The notes under the pieces: model-generated
Told to the model about the DNA's origin: nothing
Seen by the model: only the letters and a program-made list of their open reading frames with translations
The model's database searches: none
Shown here: positions 42,230-56,771 of the stretch, piece by piece
Position numbering within the stretch: the first letter of the stretch is position 1
Layout: each line of letters starts with the position of its first letter
DNA from: Octopus sinensis
Lineage: Eukaryota
Assembly: GCF_006345805.1 (NCBI RefSeq)
Contig: NC_042997.1
Span: 68,510,001 to 68,574,000 of the forward strand
Direction of reading: 5' to 3'
DNA: 64,000 nt
Position numbers and translations under genes: made by a program

Positions 42230-43620
42230 TGTTGAACATGAAGATATCATGCTGTTAGTAAGCAAGCGTCGTAACTATCTGAGAGCAACAATACTGCGTA
42301 AAGAAACAAACTTAATACAGTGAAACCTAAGAAGAGTTTACTCCGTTAAATGAGGAATGATCAAGAAATATAGAAGACCTCAAACATAGATAAACCTATC
42401 CATTTATATCTATACATCATGTATATAGATATCAAAACTATGTAATATTTTTATATCCACTTACTAAATGTATGTTCTTATCTATGTTTAAAACTCTCAT
42501 CAACCATCCCTGGAAGTTAAACACCTTCAATATAGCATTACTCGGAAAAAAGTTTGATTCAATTAAACTATTCAGAAACATGCTGATATAAAAACAGTAT
42601 AGATAATACTAGAGGAAGAAAATTACACCACAAAATAAAGGCGTTTTACAGTCAACACCAACTTACTAATGCACACAATTAATAGTTTATACAACAGCAA
42701 ACGCTTACCACTCCTCATTTTCTGATCTCCGAAACTCCTACCTGCTGAGATAACTATCCCAAAATAAGGAAACCTTGCTGGGAGTAGTTAGAGATGAGGG
42801 TATATTAAAATCAGGAAAATGGACTAAAACAAAACAAGAAGTATAAGACGTACAAGAAGAAAATGAAGAAGCACTATGAAACAGGAGACTACACAATCAG
42901 TTTCATGTAACTGCAACTGAAGCTGCTGGAACGCATAGGTGGGTGTTAACGAAGAAGGAAATACTGAAAAACAGAGAGAGCGAGAACACAATACTGGCGG
43001 CTTAAGACCAAGCTTTGGTTACTTATTGGAGGGTCAAACTTAAGAATGAGCAAATTTCTCCACTCTGCTAAATCTTTAATAGAGTGGACGAATCTATTGC
43101 CCATATTGTGAAAGAATTTCCTCGATTTGCACAAAACCAATATAGAGCAGATGGTTGAGCTCAACATGCCAGTCTTAGTGGTGGTAGACAAGGTGAGTTA
43201 CATGAATGTGATAATAGATGTTACATACCCCTTTGACACACGAATTATCAAGAAAGAAGACGGAAAAATAGACATATACAACCCACTTCAATACGAGATA
43301 GCCTGACTGTGGAAAATGAAGACGGTGAAGATAATGTGAAAATAATCATTGCTGGATCTCTAGGAACAATATCAAAAGACATCAGTAGGAATTTAAAGGA
43401 AATGGGAATAGAGTACCCAGTAGAAATGTTACAAAATATTTACCTCGTTGACACGGCCAAGATCATCAGTAAAGTAGTAGATAGTTGAAAAGAACAGATA
43501 ATCTACCATAGGCTGCAGGTAGCAAGCCCGATACCCACGAAAGGCTCCAGGAGCTCTAATAAAATCTGAGTTAAAAGAACAATACTGACAGCATCATCAT
43601 CAACAACAACAACAACAATA
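42230..43620 (+). mobile_element. R4/Dong-clade LINE 3' portion with restriction-like endonuclease, 3' UTR and (CAA) tail
   Basis: LHNQF, ILAA*DQAL, SPLC..DESIAHIV..AQNQY, VVVDK..IIDVTYPFD..KED.K..Y, GSLGTISK..LKEMGIEYPVEMLQ..TAKIISKVVDS*. The 5' boundary is approximate. Confidence 0.8.
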
Positions 43621-43903
43621 ATGGTTTCAAATTTTGCCACAAGGGCAGCAATTATGGGGGAGAGGAGAAGTCGACTTCATCGATCCCAGTGTTTCACTGG
43701 TACTTAATCTATCGACACCGAAAGGATGACAGGCAAAGTGGACTTCGGCAGAATTTGAACTCAGAACGTAGTGACTGGCGAAATACCGCTAAGCATTTCT
43801 TTCAGAGTGCTAATGAGTCAGCCAACTCACCGCTTAATAATAATAATAAATAATAATAATAATAATAATAATATAATAATAATAATATATAATAATAATA
43901 ATA

Positions 43904-43970
<67 letters not shown>

Positions 43971-44255
43971 CCTTTCTACTATAGGCACAAAGCCTGGAAT
44001 TTGTGGGGAGTGGGATAGTCAATCACATCAACCACAGTACTTGACTGGTTTTTAATTTATCGACCTCGACCGGATGAAAGGCAAAGTCGACCTCGGCGGA
44101 GTTTGAACCTAGAAAGTAAAGACGGACGAAATACTGCAAAGTGGGTTACATGGAAAGTGGGGAAGTAGGTTACATGGATTCTTGTACATATTTTATCGGT
44201 ACTGAAAGGATGACAGATAAATTCGACGACGGTGGAATTTGAACTCAGAATATTT
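43621..44255 (-). mobile_element. Three tRNA-SINE copies (43621-43800, 43970-44145, about 44170-44255) separated by (AAT)n
   Basis: Each shares the core atcgac..gaaaggatga..caaagtcgac..cggcggaatttgaac. Confidence 0.8.
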
Positions 44256-45120
44256 TTGGTTTACGATTGAAACATTCATATTAATGACGTAACTCTGGGA
44301 TTCCTAGAGAATTAACATCATTACTACCTTCATTAACAAACTCATATTTAACAGTAAATATCAACCATCATTACTGCCAGTAGTAACTCCGAGACTTCAG
44401 AAAACGCCATGAGGTCCCCAGCATCAGTGTGTCTGTATCCTATATAATAACATGCACATCAACTCCCACATACAATTATCAATTAGTAACTATAATGACA
44501 ACAGCAGCAGCAGCGATTATCATAAACAATAGCTTTACAATGCGAACATCACGTTCAATTCTGTCACGAAAGTAGCTATAGTCAACGGCATCATCGAAAC
44601 CTTAGTAACAATTTCCCAACTACCACATCTACCACTTCCCATCTCCCGTAACATTCATCACAATTACCAACATATTCAAACATCGGAAAGGTATCACCCA
44701 ACGACCATAAACGTCACAAAGGTATCACATTCATATTAAGATGAACTTCTACATAAATAGTGACAGCATCACCACCAACGCAGCTACCGTAGTCACAACA
44801 AACAGCAGCATCAGCAGTAGCAACACCGCTACCAATATCATTAATATCAGTATCTTCAGGAAGTCATCTATGGCACAAACAAAGCCGAAAGAGTCTTTTA
44901 AGCTTGGATGGTGAATAAAAAGTAATTACCTAACCTAGATTTATTTGGAATGCAAAGCTTTGTCTTCGAGAAATCAGTATGTCAACAGCTGGTTCTTGTT
45001 TATTCAAAAGCCTTTACGAACTTAGGAGCATTTCTCTAGTCACGTGACCACCTTTTTTTTATCACTTCCTGACAGAGCTTGATCTAGTTCGAAAATAAAT
45101 TATTAGTGTATATTTAATAA

Positions 45121-45250
<130 letters not shown>

Positions 45251-46007
45251 ATTTGTCCGTCAGTCTGTTTCTCTTTCGCTCTCTTTATATACGTATACAT
45301 TCACTCATACAATTATACATACATACATACATACACCCCCCCACACACATATATATATATATATACAGACAAACACCGATAGATAGAAAAAGAGAGGCAG
45401 GATGATAGATAGGAAGACAGATAGATAGTAATATGTATAAACGCATAATAGAAGATGTATACGTACATATGTACATTTATAATATACACATTACGAGCGT
45501 TCGTAGAAATATCTATGTAGAGTATTGATATATGTATATGTGTATTATCGCTCGATGATATTATCGCTGATAGCCGGAGAGGAAATTTGGAAAGCACACT
45601 AAAAGGTCCTTATCTTGAATATATATATATATATATATACACCCATACATACATACACACATTAAATGAACAAAATATCACTTCTGTTAAAGCATGAGAA
45701 CGTTACAAAGTTTTGGTGTATAAATCCCAAATATAGATCACTCATTTCTTGCTGTTTTCTCTAGTCAAGCAAGCAAAACTCGGAGTTTTATGGGTGAAAA
45801 CATTCAGAGATTGTTACACGCTGGCATCAATTGTCTGGTAAACATTGAATAAAGGTTTAGGAGCAAAGATCTTATTTCGCTGGCATGCCATCAAATTTTT
45901 GAGGTATTTATTACAGATTAAAAAGTTTTCTAATAATTTTGGTCCTAATCAAATTGAATTTTACATGTATTGTCACTATAGTCGTTTTTTACATTTTCAG
46001 TATGACA

Positions 46008-46057
<50 letters not shown>

Positions 46058-48499
46058 GAAGTAGTAGTCATCCAACTACATTTGGTAAAACTATGAGATT
46101 CAGAAAACCATAGAGTTTTCAAGTACCTAAAGTGAGTTAAGTCATCACTTCTACGGAGTGGCAGTACTTGTCGATCCTAGAGTGGCAGTTGATTGAAGAG
46201 ACTCATCCGCTCAGACTGTGTCGTGTACTTTCGCCGAATGAAGATCAATACGGTTAACTTCACATCCGCTATGTTGCTCCCCATATTTCGCCGTGACCCT
46301 GACTTGGAAATTTTCTATCATTGAGTTTAACTCCTCTATATACATACAACTGGATGCGTTTTATGGGCTTTGTTTTTCATCCCGCATAGTGTCTAAACCA
46401 CCATCATCACCAAATAATCTTGGTGGTCGCTGGTGACCCAACCATGTGACAGGTTGTACTGGGTGTTCTCCATAGCATTTGAGAGGGATTTGACCGTACA
46501 CAACGTATAAATATTTTGATTAAGCAAATAACACTTACTTTGAAACTTTATATTGACGAAAAATAATATTACATTTCTTAAATTAAAATCCTTGATGTTA
46601 CACATCTTATAAAGCAGAAAGAAACGCAGTGATGGTCATAACCTTTACTGGACTGTCCAGGAAGGTGAGCATCAAGATTTTATATGTAGCTTCATCAAGT
46701 GTAGGAGGGTGTGTACAGAAAAAGATACATGATCGATGAATGAATACTAGAAGGTAACAGAGGAAGAATTAGCAATTCTTTTAGTGAAGTACAACAATCG
46801 TAACAAGATAAGGTCAGATGGGTGAGATGAATGACTCTGTGCTCAACGATGCACAGTTAGTTACGCTGCTGCTGGGGAAGCGACAAACAATTCAGAGTAC
46901 AGCAATGAAACAGAGAAATGCTGCTATTGTTCAAGCTCAGGTCAGGTTTGATAAATGATCAAAAGCAAACTAGTCGTGACTTCCGTCTTTCATCAACGTG
47001 TCAAAAACCTAGGGACACATTAACCAATGTGTTCGTTTCTGAGACAGTGTGGGGAAATCTGAGGGAGATTTGGTTGCTACTTCCAGAAGACCGACTGATC
47101 ATGTAGCAGCGCTAAAATCAGCTAATCAGAGAGTGGTTGTAAACTATTATTAATTGAATGCTTGCCAATCAGTGAAACAGCATTGCCTTTGGATTCATTC
47201 TCGTATATTTGTGCGTGTAGCAGCATTAGTATAATTTCATATCTTCGAACCCCACTTCAGCGTCGAGTTTTGTAGGTATTTATAGCAACTGACATGAGAT
47301 GGGAATTCCGTATTCTAAATATGAATCTTATAATTTTTGCTGTGTAGATTTGGATATTGTATATGTACGGTCACCATGAGCGACTGCAACGACTTCTAGC
47401 AATGTAATTGTGTACTGTTGTGTCATATACTAAATATTGCGGGTGAAAACACTGTTTACTTGCTGTCTGTGAACATAGTATTTATGAAACCAATTTCAGC
47501 GTGTCACAATGGAAGATAGGCTAACATAATGTTACGTGTCGTGTGCCAAATCTTAAATTTCTAATTTCTGCATCAGACATAAGGATAGCTTAGATATGCT
47601 AAATTTTAATTTAGCACAGGCAATTGAAATGTACGCTGACCTCATTGCTCTGTTGACCAACAAAAGTGATTTGAAAATGTCCAGTTCTCTAACGTGAGCA
47701 TGTTTTTCATGCACAACGTTGGAGCAGAGATGAAGGCCATAATCATCAATATGGTCAAAGAAAGCAACATTTTCAGCGCTCAAATATTGTTAGCAAGGCT
47801 GTATTTCTTTAACATATCTGGGACAATGTCAGCACGGACAAATTCAAAGTTGCAGAGGTCATTACTACTGGAATACTGCACGTTGACATCTGACTCATCT
47901 TATGACGAAGAAAGAAAGAAATGTTCGGAATAACTCGGGTAAAGCATGTTATCCCGTTATGTCTCTCACCGATAATGTGAACTCTTAGCTCTCCTAATTC
48001 CAGTACATTGACACATGAATCTCGGATACTGTTGGGAAGGGGGAAAGTCCACCGTGTCAAGGGTTCATTGGGGCTTACGTTGTGGACGGCATAAGTCAAG
48101 GACAACCGCTTCCTGGGTTGAAATCTCAACTGTTACGGCACTGAAACCTTCACTGGAACAGCTCAGTAGGATTATTATTGAATTGTGCGTTTCTCTGATT
48201 TATCTTGTTGAACATGTTGGCCGTTTTTCAGAAGTATGTTTCTTTTTGGTATTTATTTTTTATTTGTTCTATACTTTTTCTTGATTCTTTGTCGCACCTA
48301 CTGTTGAAAGAATGCAGGTTGCCATCCCTCATTTCTAGGATACTCTCAAGGGCGTAATCCTTGTCCATAGAACCACTGTGCGTCCGGTATGTGGTATTTA
48401 GTAATGCCCATATTATGTCAAGTAGTATCATTTGCGTAGAATAATGTAGTCATGTATAATAAGAGCCAGTAGGTCACTGTTATTCAAAACGTAGGTTCC

Positions 48500-48822
48500 G
48501 GATGTACGGATGTACTTTGAATTCAAAGTCGTACATGAAAGAATTTGAAATTGTGAAGACACATCAGATTAAGAAGTTTATGAAACTCAAAGGTCAGAGA
48601 ATGAAAACCTCTCACCCACCTGTGAAAGCAGTAATTAATGTAAGTAGCCAACATCTAGAAAGCTCTGAAGAAGCAGTACTAAACAAAGGTCTCAACTTTG
48701 CGACAACCAACAAGCGCATTCCATACTTGGACATAATAGCCCCTATTGAAGAGATAGCCATAAAGATACCATAAAGAGAATAAGGAGAGGGCTTAGAAGA
48801 GGGGACCTGTGGAAAGTGAGAG
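48500..48822 (+). mobile_element. Penelope-like element ORF N-terminal fragment
   Basis: VINVSSQHLESSEEAVLNKGLNFATT..IPYLDIIAPIE is the typical pre-RT L.KGL.F motif of PLEs. Confidence 0.75.
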
Positions 48823-49205
48823 AGCGTTTCTTTTTATGTGTGTGGTTTGTGGGGGGAGGTGTTTCAGTCGTGCAGGCCTAGTGAGCCATCAAAATTCTCA
48901 TAGAAATCGACCCATGATAAACAATGATGTGGCTATTAAAATTCATAAACGAACTTGTATAAAATGTGGAAGGGTGTGCCGCTCAGTTGGAGGTCTAAAA
49001 AGACATGTTAAGAGAGTGCATATGGTGGCACCTGTTTCTCCTGTCAGCCAACACAGTTGTCTAGTATGTAATAAAATGTGTAAAAGCTTGGCTGGTCTTA
49101 AAAGTCATATAAGGGCATCACATGGCAACAATCATGAATCATTTCAGTAAGTCCTCTTAGCAATGGCTTTTCTCGTGTAACGAGGATGCAGCTGTGATAT
49201 GATAT
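48823..49205 (+). mobile_element. Probable RTE-type LINE 3' end carrying three tandem C2H2-like zinc fingers
   Basis: Open frame CVVC-x12-H-x3-H, CIKC-x12-H-x4-H and CLVC-x12-H-x4-H to the stop at 49150; no TGEKPY linkers; short 3' UTR ending gcagctgtgatatgatatata. Clade assignment from recall. Confidence 0.6.
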
Positions 49206-49281
49206 ATATACATATATATATCGCATTGTGACCAGCGATGTGTAGCAATATCTGATAGCCTGGTCGGTCACGGTGATCACG

Positions 49282-49370
<89 letters not shown>

Positions 49371-49913
49371 ATGTATTACGTGGGTATGCACTTATCAGTG
49401 TATGTGCGTTTTGGAATATAATTGATTTAAGGATATATTTTTCTTCTCTGTATATATCTTATTTAAAATGCATTAGAAATTCGGTCGACATTTTGTCAAT
49501 GGCGTCAAAAAGCTATAGAAATATAAGGGTATCAATTAAAAATGAAAATAAATTATACACTCAGGAATGTGTCGGGTACTCACCCCATTCTCTTCTTTAC
49601 TTATATTTCTCCTATTGTTTTCCTCATTTTGAAATTAATCTTGTTGGCATTATCAATTGAAACAAAACGTATATATTCATAGTGTATTGCCATTCTGTAG
49701 TTATTGTACATCTTTTGTTGTTTCTGAAACGTTGTGCATAGGGATTTCATTTAGAAATGTCAAGTGGCGAAGTACATTGTGTAAAGATCAATACAGATTA
49801 GTGTCATGACAATATCTACGACATGCTAATTGATATGGGTTTGTCAAATCCGTTTTCGCTTTGATATTAACGGCTTGACATTTTTGTATTTCATAAAAGT
49901 ATATTTATATACT

Positions 49914-50684
<771 letters not shown>

Positions 50685-51589
50685 GTGCTAAAATAATCCC
50701 AAGGATTTTACATTGTAGCTTGCTTATTAAGGGTTGTTAGCAAATGAGTATCGCGGCATATATAGCTATATTATTATTTTATTCAAAATGGCTGTCCCAA
50801 ATGTTTAATAAAATCAGTGACGAAGTTTACATTGAACAGATAAGGTTGCTGTTGTTGCTTCCATCCTTGTTCTTGTCGTTTAATCCCTTGCTATATTTGA
50901 AAGAGAAGTTAGTATCATGAAACCTGATGAAGAAGGACATTCTAGCTGAGACCATTCCGTCTTTATCTATATCAAAGACTATTTTTCCAGATATGCCTTT
51001 CCATTCGTCAGGAAGTAGATATTTCCTGTCTGGTCGTAGATTATTCAGTATTTTCTTATAAGTAAGCATTGTAAATTTACCTCAGTCGTTATTAGGAAAA
51101 CATCACTAAAGGACGTTGAAATTGCAATTTATTGCCAAGTATCCATCAAATTCATAAAGACTACAAACAGATTTAACAAAACAAACCTTTAATTTTTCAT
51201 CTGTTCTATTTCTTTCATCGCAATTTTTGTGTTTTTGTTTTAGAATATTCTTGTGTTGCACTTTGTCAAAAGTTTTGCAATATTTTCGTAACTTATTTGC
51301 TTTATTCTTGAATTTACAACAAAAGCAATACAAATTTCAAAGTAAAGATCATCGTGTTACTAGTTCTTTGATCCTACGTTGGTACCAGTTCTTGTCCTTC
51401 AAGGGAAATAACTCCTTCACTGAAGCTTTCACTTCCAGTTTGTTGATGAAACAGTGTGAGAGCAGGATGTGAGCCTTGGATTGGAACCTCGCATACGAGA
51501 TTTAAAAGAAAATCTAGGCTATCACACTATACTAACCAGTTTCAACATTTTTGCCGAATGCACAAGACATCAGTACTTCCTTTAATTCA

Positions 51590-53640
51590 AAAGATCGAAT
51601 GAACAGTTCATTCAAGATTTGGTCACCCACCATCTTCCTTACATTCATTGCTTCGTTCTTATTGAGACTCACCTTAACAACTCTCATCTGGAAGCTGAAG
51701 CAAAGGTGTGGAATTATACAACCATTCACGCTGACCACACCGTAGAAGAAATGGGTGAGTTGCTATTTTTCTACTCATTTATCGCAGATAGAAAGGACAC
51801 ATTCTCCAGTAACTATTGTATATCAGTATCTGTGTATAGCAAAAATGATTTAGCCATATTAGTAGGTTTTCATTTAACAATCTTTTATTGTTTTAATAAT
51901 GGTTGACTTCAATTCCCCTGTGTTGACTGTGCTACTAATATCTTGAAGACAAATGTGTGCATTTCAACCCCAGAGAAAGCATTGGTGGAATCAATTTTCG
52001 AATTCATGAACGAATTTCCGTCTCCTGATCAGTGCTCTACCGACGAGATACAACGAAAACAGATTGGACTAAATGGTTAGTAACCGCACTAAAATTACCC
52101 ATATTACAGTAGAAAAAATCTCTTTTTCGACCACGATTTGTTCTCTGTAGTTTGAGATACCAGAAACCAAATGACGCGCTGTTCGATTTCGCCCAAGCTC
52201 CTGACCTCAACACAGCTGAGGTTCTGCAGAAGCAACACTACTCTACTTTCAGTAATTCCAACATTGTTAATCCTGTCAGCATCGGTGAAACAAACTCCCA
52301 GTATACCATATTCGATATGTCATTTGACGCCTCAGATATCATAGCCGTTATGAACAAAATTACAAACATCTCAGCTGCAGGCCCCGAAAGGTTCCCAGCT
52401 TGAGTCCTGAAGGAGCGCCCTCGTCAACTGACATACTCTTTAGATATCCACTGTAGGAAAACACTGGACAATGGCTATCTCAGTCGATAGTCCCAGATAT
52501 TAAAACAAATTGCTAGCAGGGAATTATAGACTAAGCTCACGTATTTCTCATATCATCAAATTATTTGAGAGAATGTTGAGATCTCGTGTAACTCACTTCC
52601 TAGATTGTGACAGCCTACTTATTCCCAAACAGCATGTTTTTCGCAATGGAAGGGACTGCCTAACACAGTCCCTGCATCACTTTGATAACACCCTAAAGCC
52701 ACCGATACTGATGTCATCTGTCTGGACTTTAGCAAGCCTTTGACAAGGTTGACCATCACATCATATTAAGGAAACTATCGAACATTCGAGACGGGAGAAA
52801 AGAATCAAAGTGGATTGAATGTTTTTTTGGTAAACAAAACCCAACATATGGTGATAGATGATGTTCGATCAAGCTCGCAAGAGTTCTCAGTGGAGTCACT
52901 CAAGGCACTGTAATAGGCCCACTCGTTTTCATTATTGACATCGATGGCATCGTTAAAACTTTTGGATCACTCAAAACATTTGAAGATCGTCGATAGGGCA
53001 GGAGACTGGAATAACCTACAATCGGATCGGCCAACTGTTATTTGCTGGGCCTAAAAATACATTATGCAACAAAACGAGAATTCATTTGATTTAATCCACT
53101 ACACGCTTCCCTCGGGCGAAAACCTCGTGGCATCAAACATCGCTAGGGACCTTGGAGTAACTGTCGACAACAATTTAAGCTGGAGTGTCCACATAAACAA
53201 TATCCTTCACAGGGCATGCTCCTGTGTACTCAAGTCTTTTCATTCTAGTGAGGCATTATCCTTCTCTTTTCCACATTTGCCTATCCTCACCTTCATTAGT
53301 GTCGTTCGCTGTGACCTCCTACCAAAGTTCGATCAAAAAGGAAATAGGTGAAATGATTTGTCTTGATTGGGATCAACTCGAGAGACTCAAACTTTATTCC
53401 CTCGAATGCCACCACGAGTGCTGTATCATTAGTACGATATGGAACATTTCCAGCATCACTGCACCATTGATGTTGGCATCGACTTTGATATTTATCCAGG
53501 GCTTAATCCCCGTGCCAACCGTCCCCCACAAAAAACATTACACTCTACTATTTCACGTCAACTGGATCGGTTCAGTTTAATATCATTCCAAGTAACATAA
53601 GAGAAGAAATTGAAACGGATCCTGGACGAATATCTCCAAT
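51590..53640 (+). mobile_element. CR1/L2-group LINE ORF2 relic (APE plus RT)
   Basis: LIETHL..AEAKVWNYTTIHADH (APE), SAAGPERFP, KLFERM, QHVFRNGRDCLTQ, CLDFSKPFDKVDH, SGVTQGTVIGP, ARDLGVTVDNNLSWSVHI. Confidence 0.88.
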
Positions 53641-53732
53641 CACCTTTATATTGTATCGAAATTTCATGCATTTACTTGTAAAGTTAAGAATGTTATTAAC
53701 AACTGAAACTCGTCAATGAATTTTGGGACACC

Positions 53733-53767
<35 letters not shown>

Positions 53768-53768
<1 letters not shown>

Positions 53769-53997
53769 TTTTATTCTTTTATTCTTTTCTTTCAGTCATT
53801 TGACTGCAGCCATGCTGGAGCACCGCCTTTTGTCAAGTAAATCGGCCCCAGGACTTATTCTTTGTAAGCCTAGTACTTATTACATCAGTCACTTTTGCTG
53901 AACCGATAGGTTACGGGGATGTAAATACACCAGTATCAGTTGGCAAGCAATGGTGGGGGGGACAAATATAGACACAAAAACATATACACGCACATAC

Positions 53998-54062
<65 letters not shown>

Positions 54063-54212
54063 CGGGCTTCTTTCAGTTTCCAAATCCAATCATAAGGCCT
54101 TGGTCGGCCCGAGCCTATAGGAGAAGACACTTGCCCAAGGAGCCACGCAGTGGGACTGAACCCGGAACCATGTGGTTGGTAAGCAAGCTACTTATCACAC
54201 AGCCACTCCTGT
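53768..54212 (-). mobile_element. Full-length tRNA-derived octopus SINE (GGTTCAGTCCCA family) with internal (TA)n
   Basis: Reverse complement reads acaggagtggctgtgtgataagtagcttgcttaccaaccacatggttccgggttcagtcccactgcgtggc...gactgaaagaaaag. Confidence 0.9.
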
Positions 54213-54224
54213 GTCTATTATATA

Positions 54225-54261
<37 letters not shown>

Positions 54262-54267
<6 letters not shown>

Positions 54268-56496
54268 AGGGAATTAATAGTAAGGATACCCCCACCCACT
54301 TGACGATTGGAATACCCTAAGTAAAGAAAAGCACCAGAGTGCGTAGTAGACGGTCAGTGATAGTCGTCTTTACTGGTTTTGTTAAGCATACTGTATACTC
54401 AAGTGGGTGTTATAACAATCCAGCATTTCAATGATATAACAGTGGCGACGCGGATTTAAACCACGATGAATTATTAAACTGGACGAGGATTTAAACAACT
54501 CGCGAGGAATTCATAAACTCTACGAGGATTTAACAACTCACGAGGGATTAATAATTCACAAGAAGTTGACAAACTCACAAAGTTTTGTTGTGTGAATTTT
54601 AGAAAAAAAATCGTAACAATTATAGAAAAATTTTCGGCCGCTTTGCTTGAGTTGCAAAAACAGGAACAACAACTGAAAGAAGAAGAACAACAAGTACTAT
54701 TACTCAAAAAATGCTGCAGTTACTGAAGTCGTCAGGAAATTCACAAAAACGTTTTTTCTGCCAGGCTATATCGCGACTTCCTTACGTAGTTCAAATACGA
54801 CCCTGACGAAGAATACCTTCGAAGCATACTACAAAATGTAGCACATGTTCGATAAAGTATGTAAAGTTTGGGATGACGAAATGAAAACTCACTTTATTTC
54901 GAGAAAACTGGCGGCAACAGAACAAGGACGATACAGAAATTATGTATTCCCAAGAAAACTTTCTGACAAACATTTAATGATACAATAGATATATTGTGTA
55001 AAATTTTCAGTGAAAAGAAAGTTCATTGTTGAACGTACGTTGGAAGTGTCTGAACATAGAGCAAAACAACGACGTGGACTACATCACAAGTGCTGGTAGA
55101 GTAAACAGGAAATGCAAGAAATTTAAGCTGAACGAATTAACGCCAGGTATTTCCAAATGCCTAATGTTTATAAAGGGACTTACTGCCGAAAAGAACGCAG
55201 AAGTTAGAACTAGAATTATCGCAAAGCTGGAGCAAAACCAGGCTGTAAGCCTACAGCAAGTGTTTAAAGAATGTGAAAGAATAGTGAAACACTGGGGAAA
55301 TTGAACGTAGATATTTGTTTCAAGTAAAGCAAGGGCGAAATAGTCAGAATAGAGATAAAGTATTTTCTAAAACCCACGAAAAAAATCAGGAAATACACCC
55401 ATGTTTTATATGTGTAGGTATATACCTGAGGAAAAATTGTCCATTTAAAAAGTGGTGAGCTTTCGCTGTGGAAGTATAGGACATATAAAGAGACACTGTT
55501 AGAATGAAAATGACAAAACGTCAGATCAAAAGAAAAAGAATAAATAGTATGTCTTCGGAAGAAATTGGTAATGTAATGATGAGGAAATTCGTGAAGGTGA
55601 AAATCAGAAATACAAGTGTTAAAACGAAAATAGACACTTGAAGTGATATTACCATTACAAACGAAAAAACTTGGAAATATGTCGGTAAGCCGAAATTAAT
55701 TAACTCCAAAAAGTAGCACATGGCCTTACGAGAAAAATATTATATTTTTTCGGTTAATTAGTATGTAATGTAACACCTTGAGCACCCCACCATAAAAAGG
55801 TAAATATATATGTGTTAAAAGATTCATTTAATCTGTTTGGTACAGAGTAGATGGAACTATTCAAAGGATGGAATACGCTTATAAGTGTTTTGTGTGGAAA
55901 TATAGTTGGTTCAGTGGAAGGCTCGAATGCGACTGAAGGACTGAAACAAAAATGCAGTAACACTGAGTGGAAGACCTGTATGCAAGCCAAAACGAAATGA
56001 AAAATTATCCACGATAAAAAAGTAAACATTGTTCAAAAGTAGATGCCTCGTTGACAAAACTACACATCAGTTTCGCTGATCCTTTAAATGGTTCATACTA
56101 CTTAGTCGTAGTTGATAGTTTCTCTAAATGGCCAGAAATTTGTAAGTGTAAAAGACCACCCTCTTCAACTGTGATACATATTTTACACGAATTGTCTGCG
56201 TGATTTGGCAACCCGGACAAAATAGCGTCTGACAGTGAAACGCAACTTTTGCCTAGAGAATTTTAAAAGTTTTGTAAAACCTATCAGCCGCGAACGAGCG
56301 TGGAGACAAAGTGAACAACAGCCGTCCTAATCTTCGTCAGAGTAGGGATCCCAAGAAACATGAGTAAAGAGAAGTACGAGAAGTACCAGTGTACGTAGTA
56401 CGTGGCCAGAGATAGTATTGTCATGACTGCCTTTATTAAGCTTATTCTATACTGAAGTAGGCGTTATAACATTCCAAGCTTTCAAGGATTACAACA
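54262..56496 (+). mobile_element. Internally deleted Gypsy/Ty3 LTR retrotransposon (gag, protease and integrase relics; RT/RNase H missing)
   Basis: 5' LTR TG..CA at 54262-54441, PBS TGGCGACG at 54443. gag FKYDPDEE..LLNVRWKCLN..CLMFIKGL; CCHC relic; KIDT*SDITI protease; HISFADPLNGSYYLVVVDSFSKWPEI integrase; divergent 3' LTR ending at 56496. Confidence 0.88.
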
Positions 56497-56508
56497 ACAA
56501 CACACACA

Positions 56509-56555
<47 letters not shown>

Positions 56556-56661
56556 TAATATGAGTAACTAGGGGCAATCTAATACTATATAGGAAAAACT
56601 GTATCATCATCATCATATATAAATGTATATATATATATGCGTGCATGTATGTATGTATATC

Positions 56662-56771
<110 letters not shown>

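Noticed and set aside
47809-48129. PIF1/Helitron helicase C-terminus
   Set aside because: The diagnostic TINKSQG and GQLYVALSR motifs are absent in all frames examined.
48809-49150. Host C2H2 zinc-finger gene
   Set aside because: Non-ATG start at a TE junction, no TGEKPY linkers, and a retroelement-like tail; treated as a LINE 3' end.
54443-54570. CRISPR-like array
   Set aside because: Eukaryotic context, degenerate units without unique spacers, and located in an LTR-element leader.
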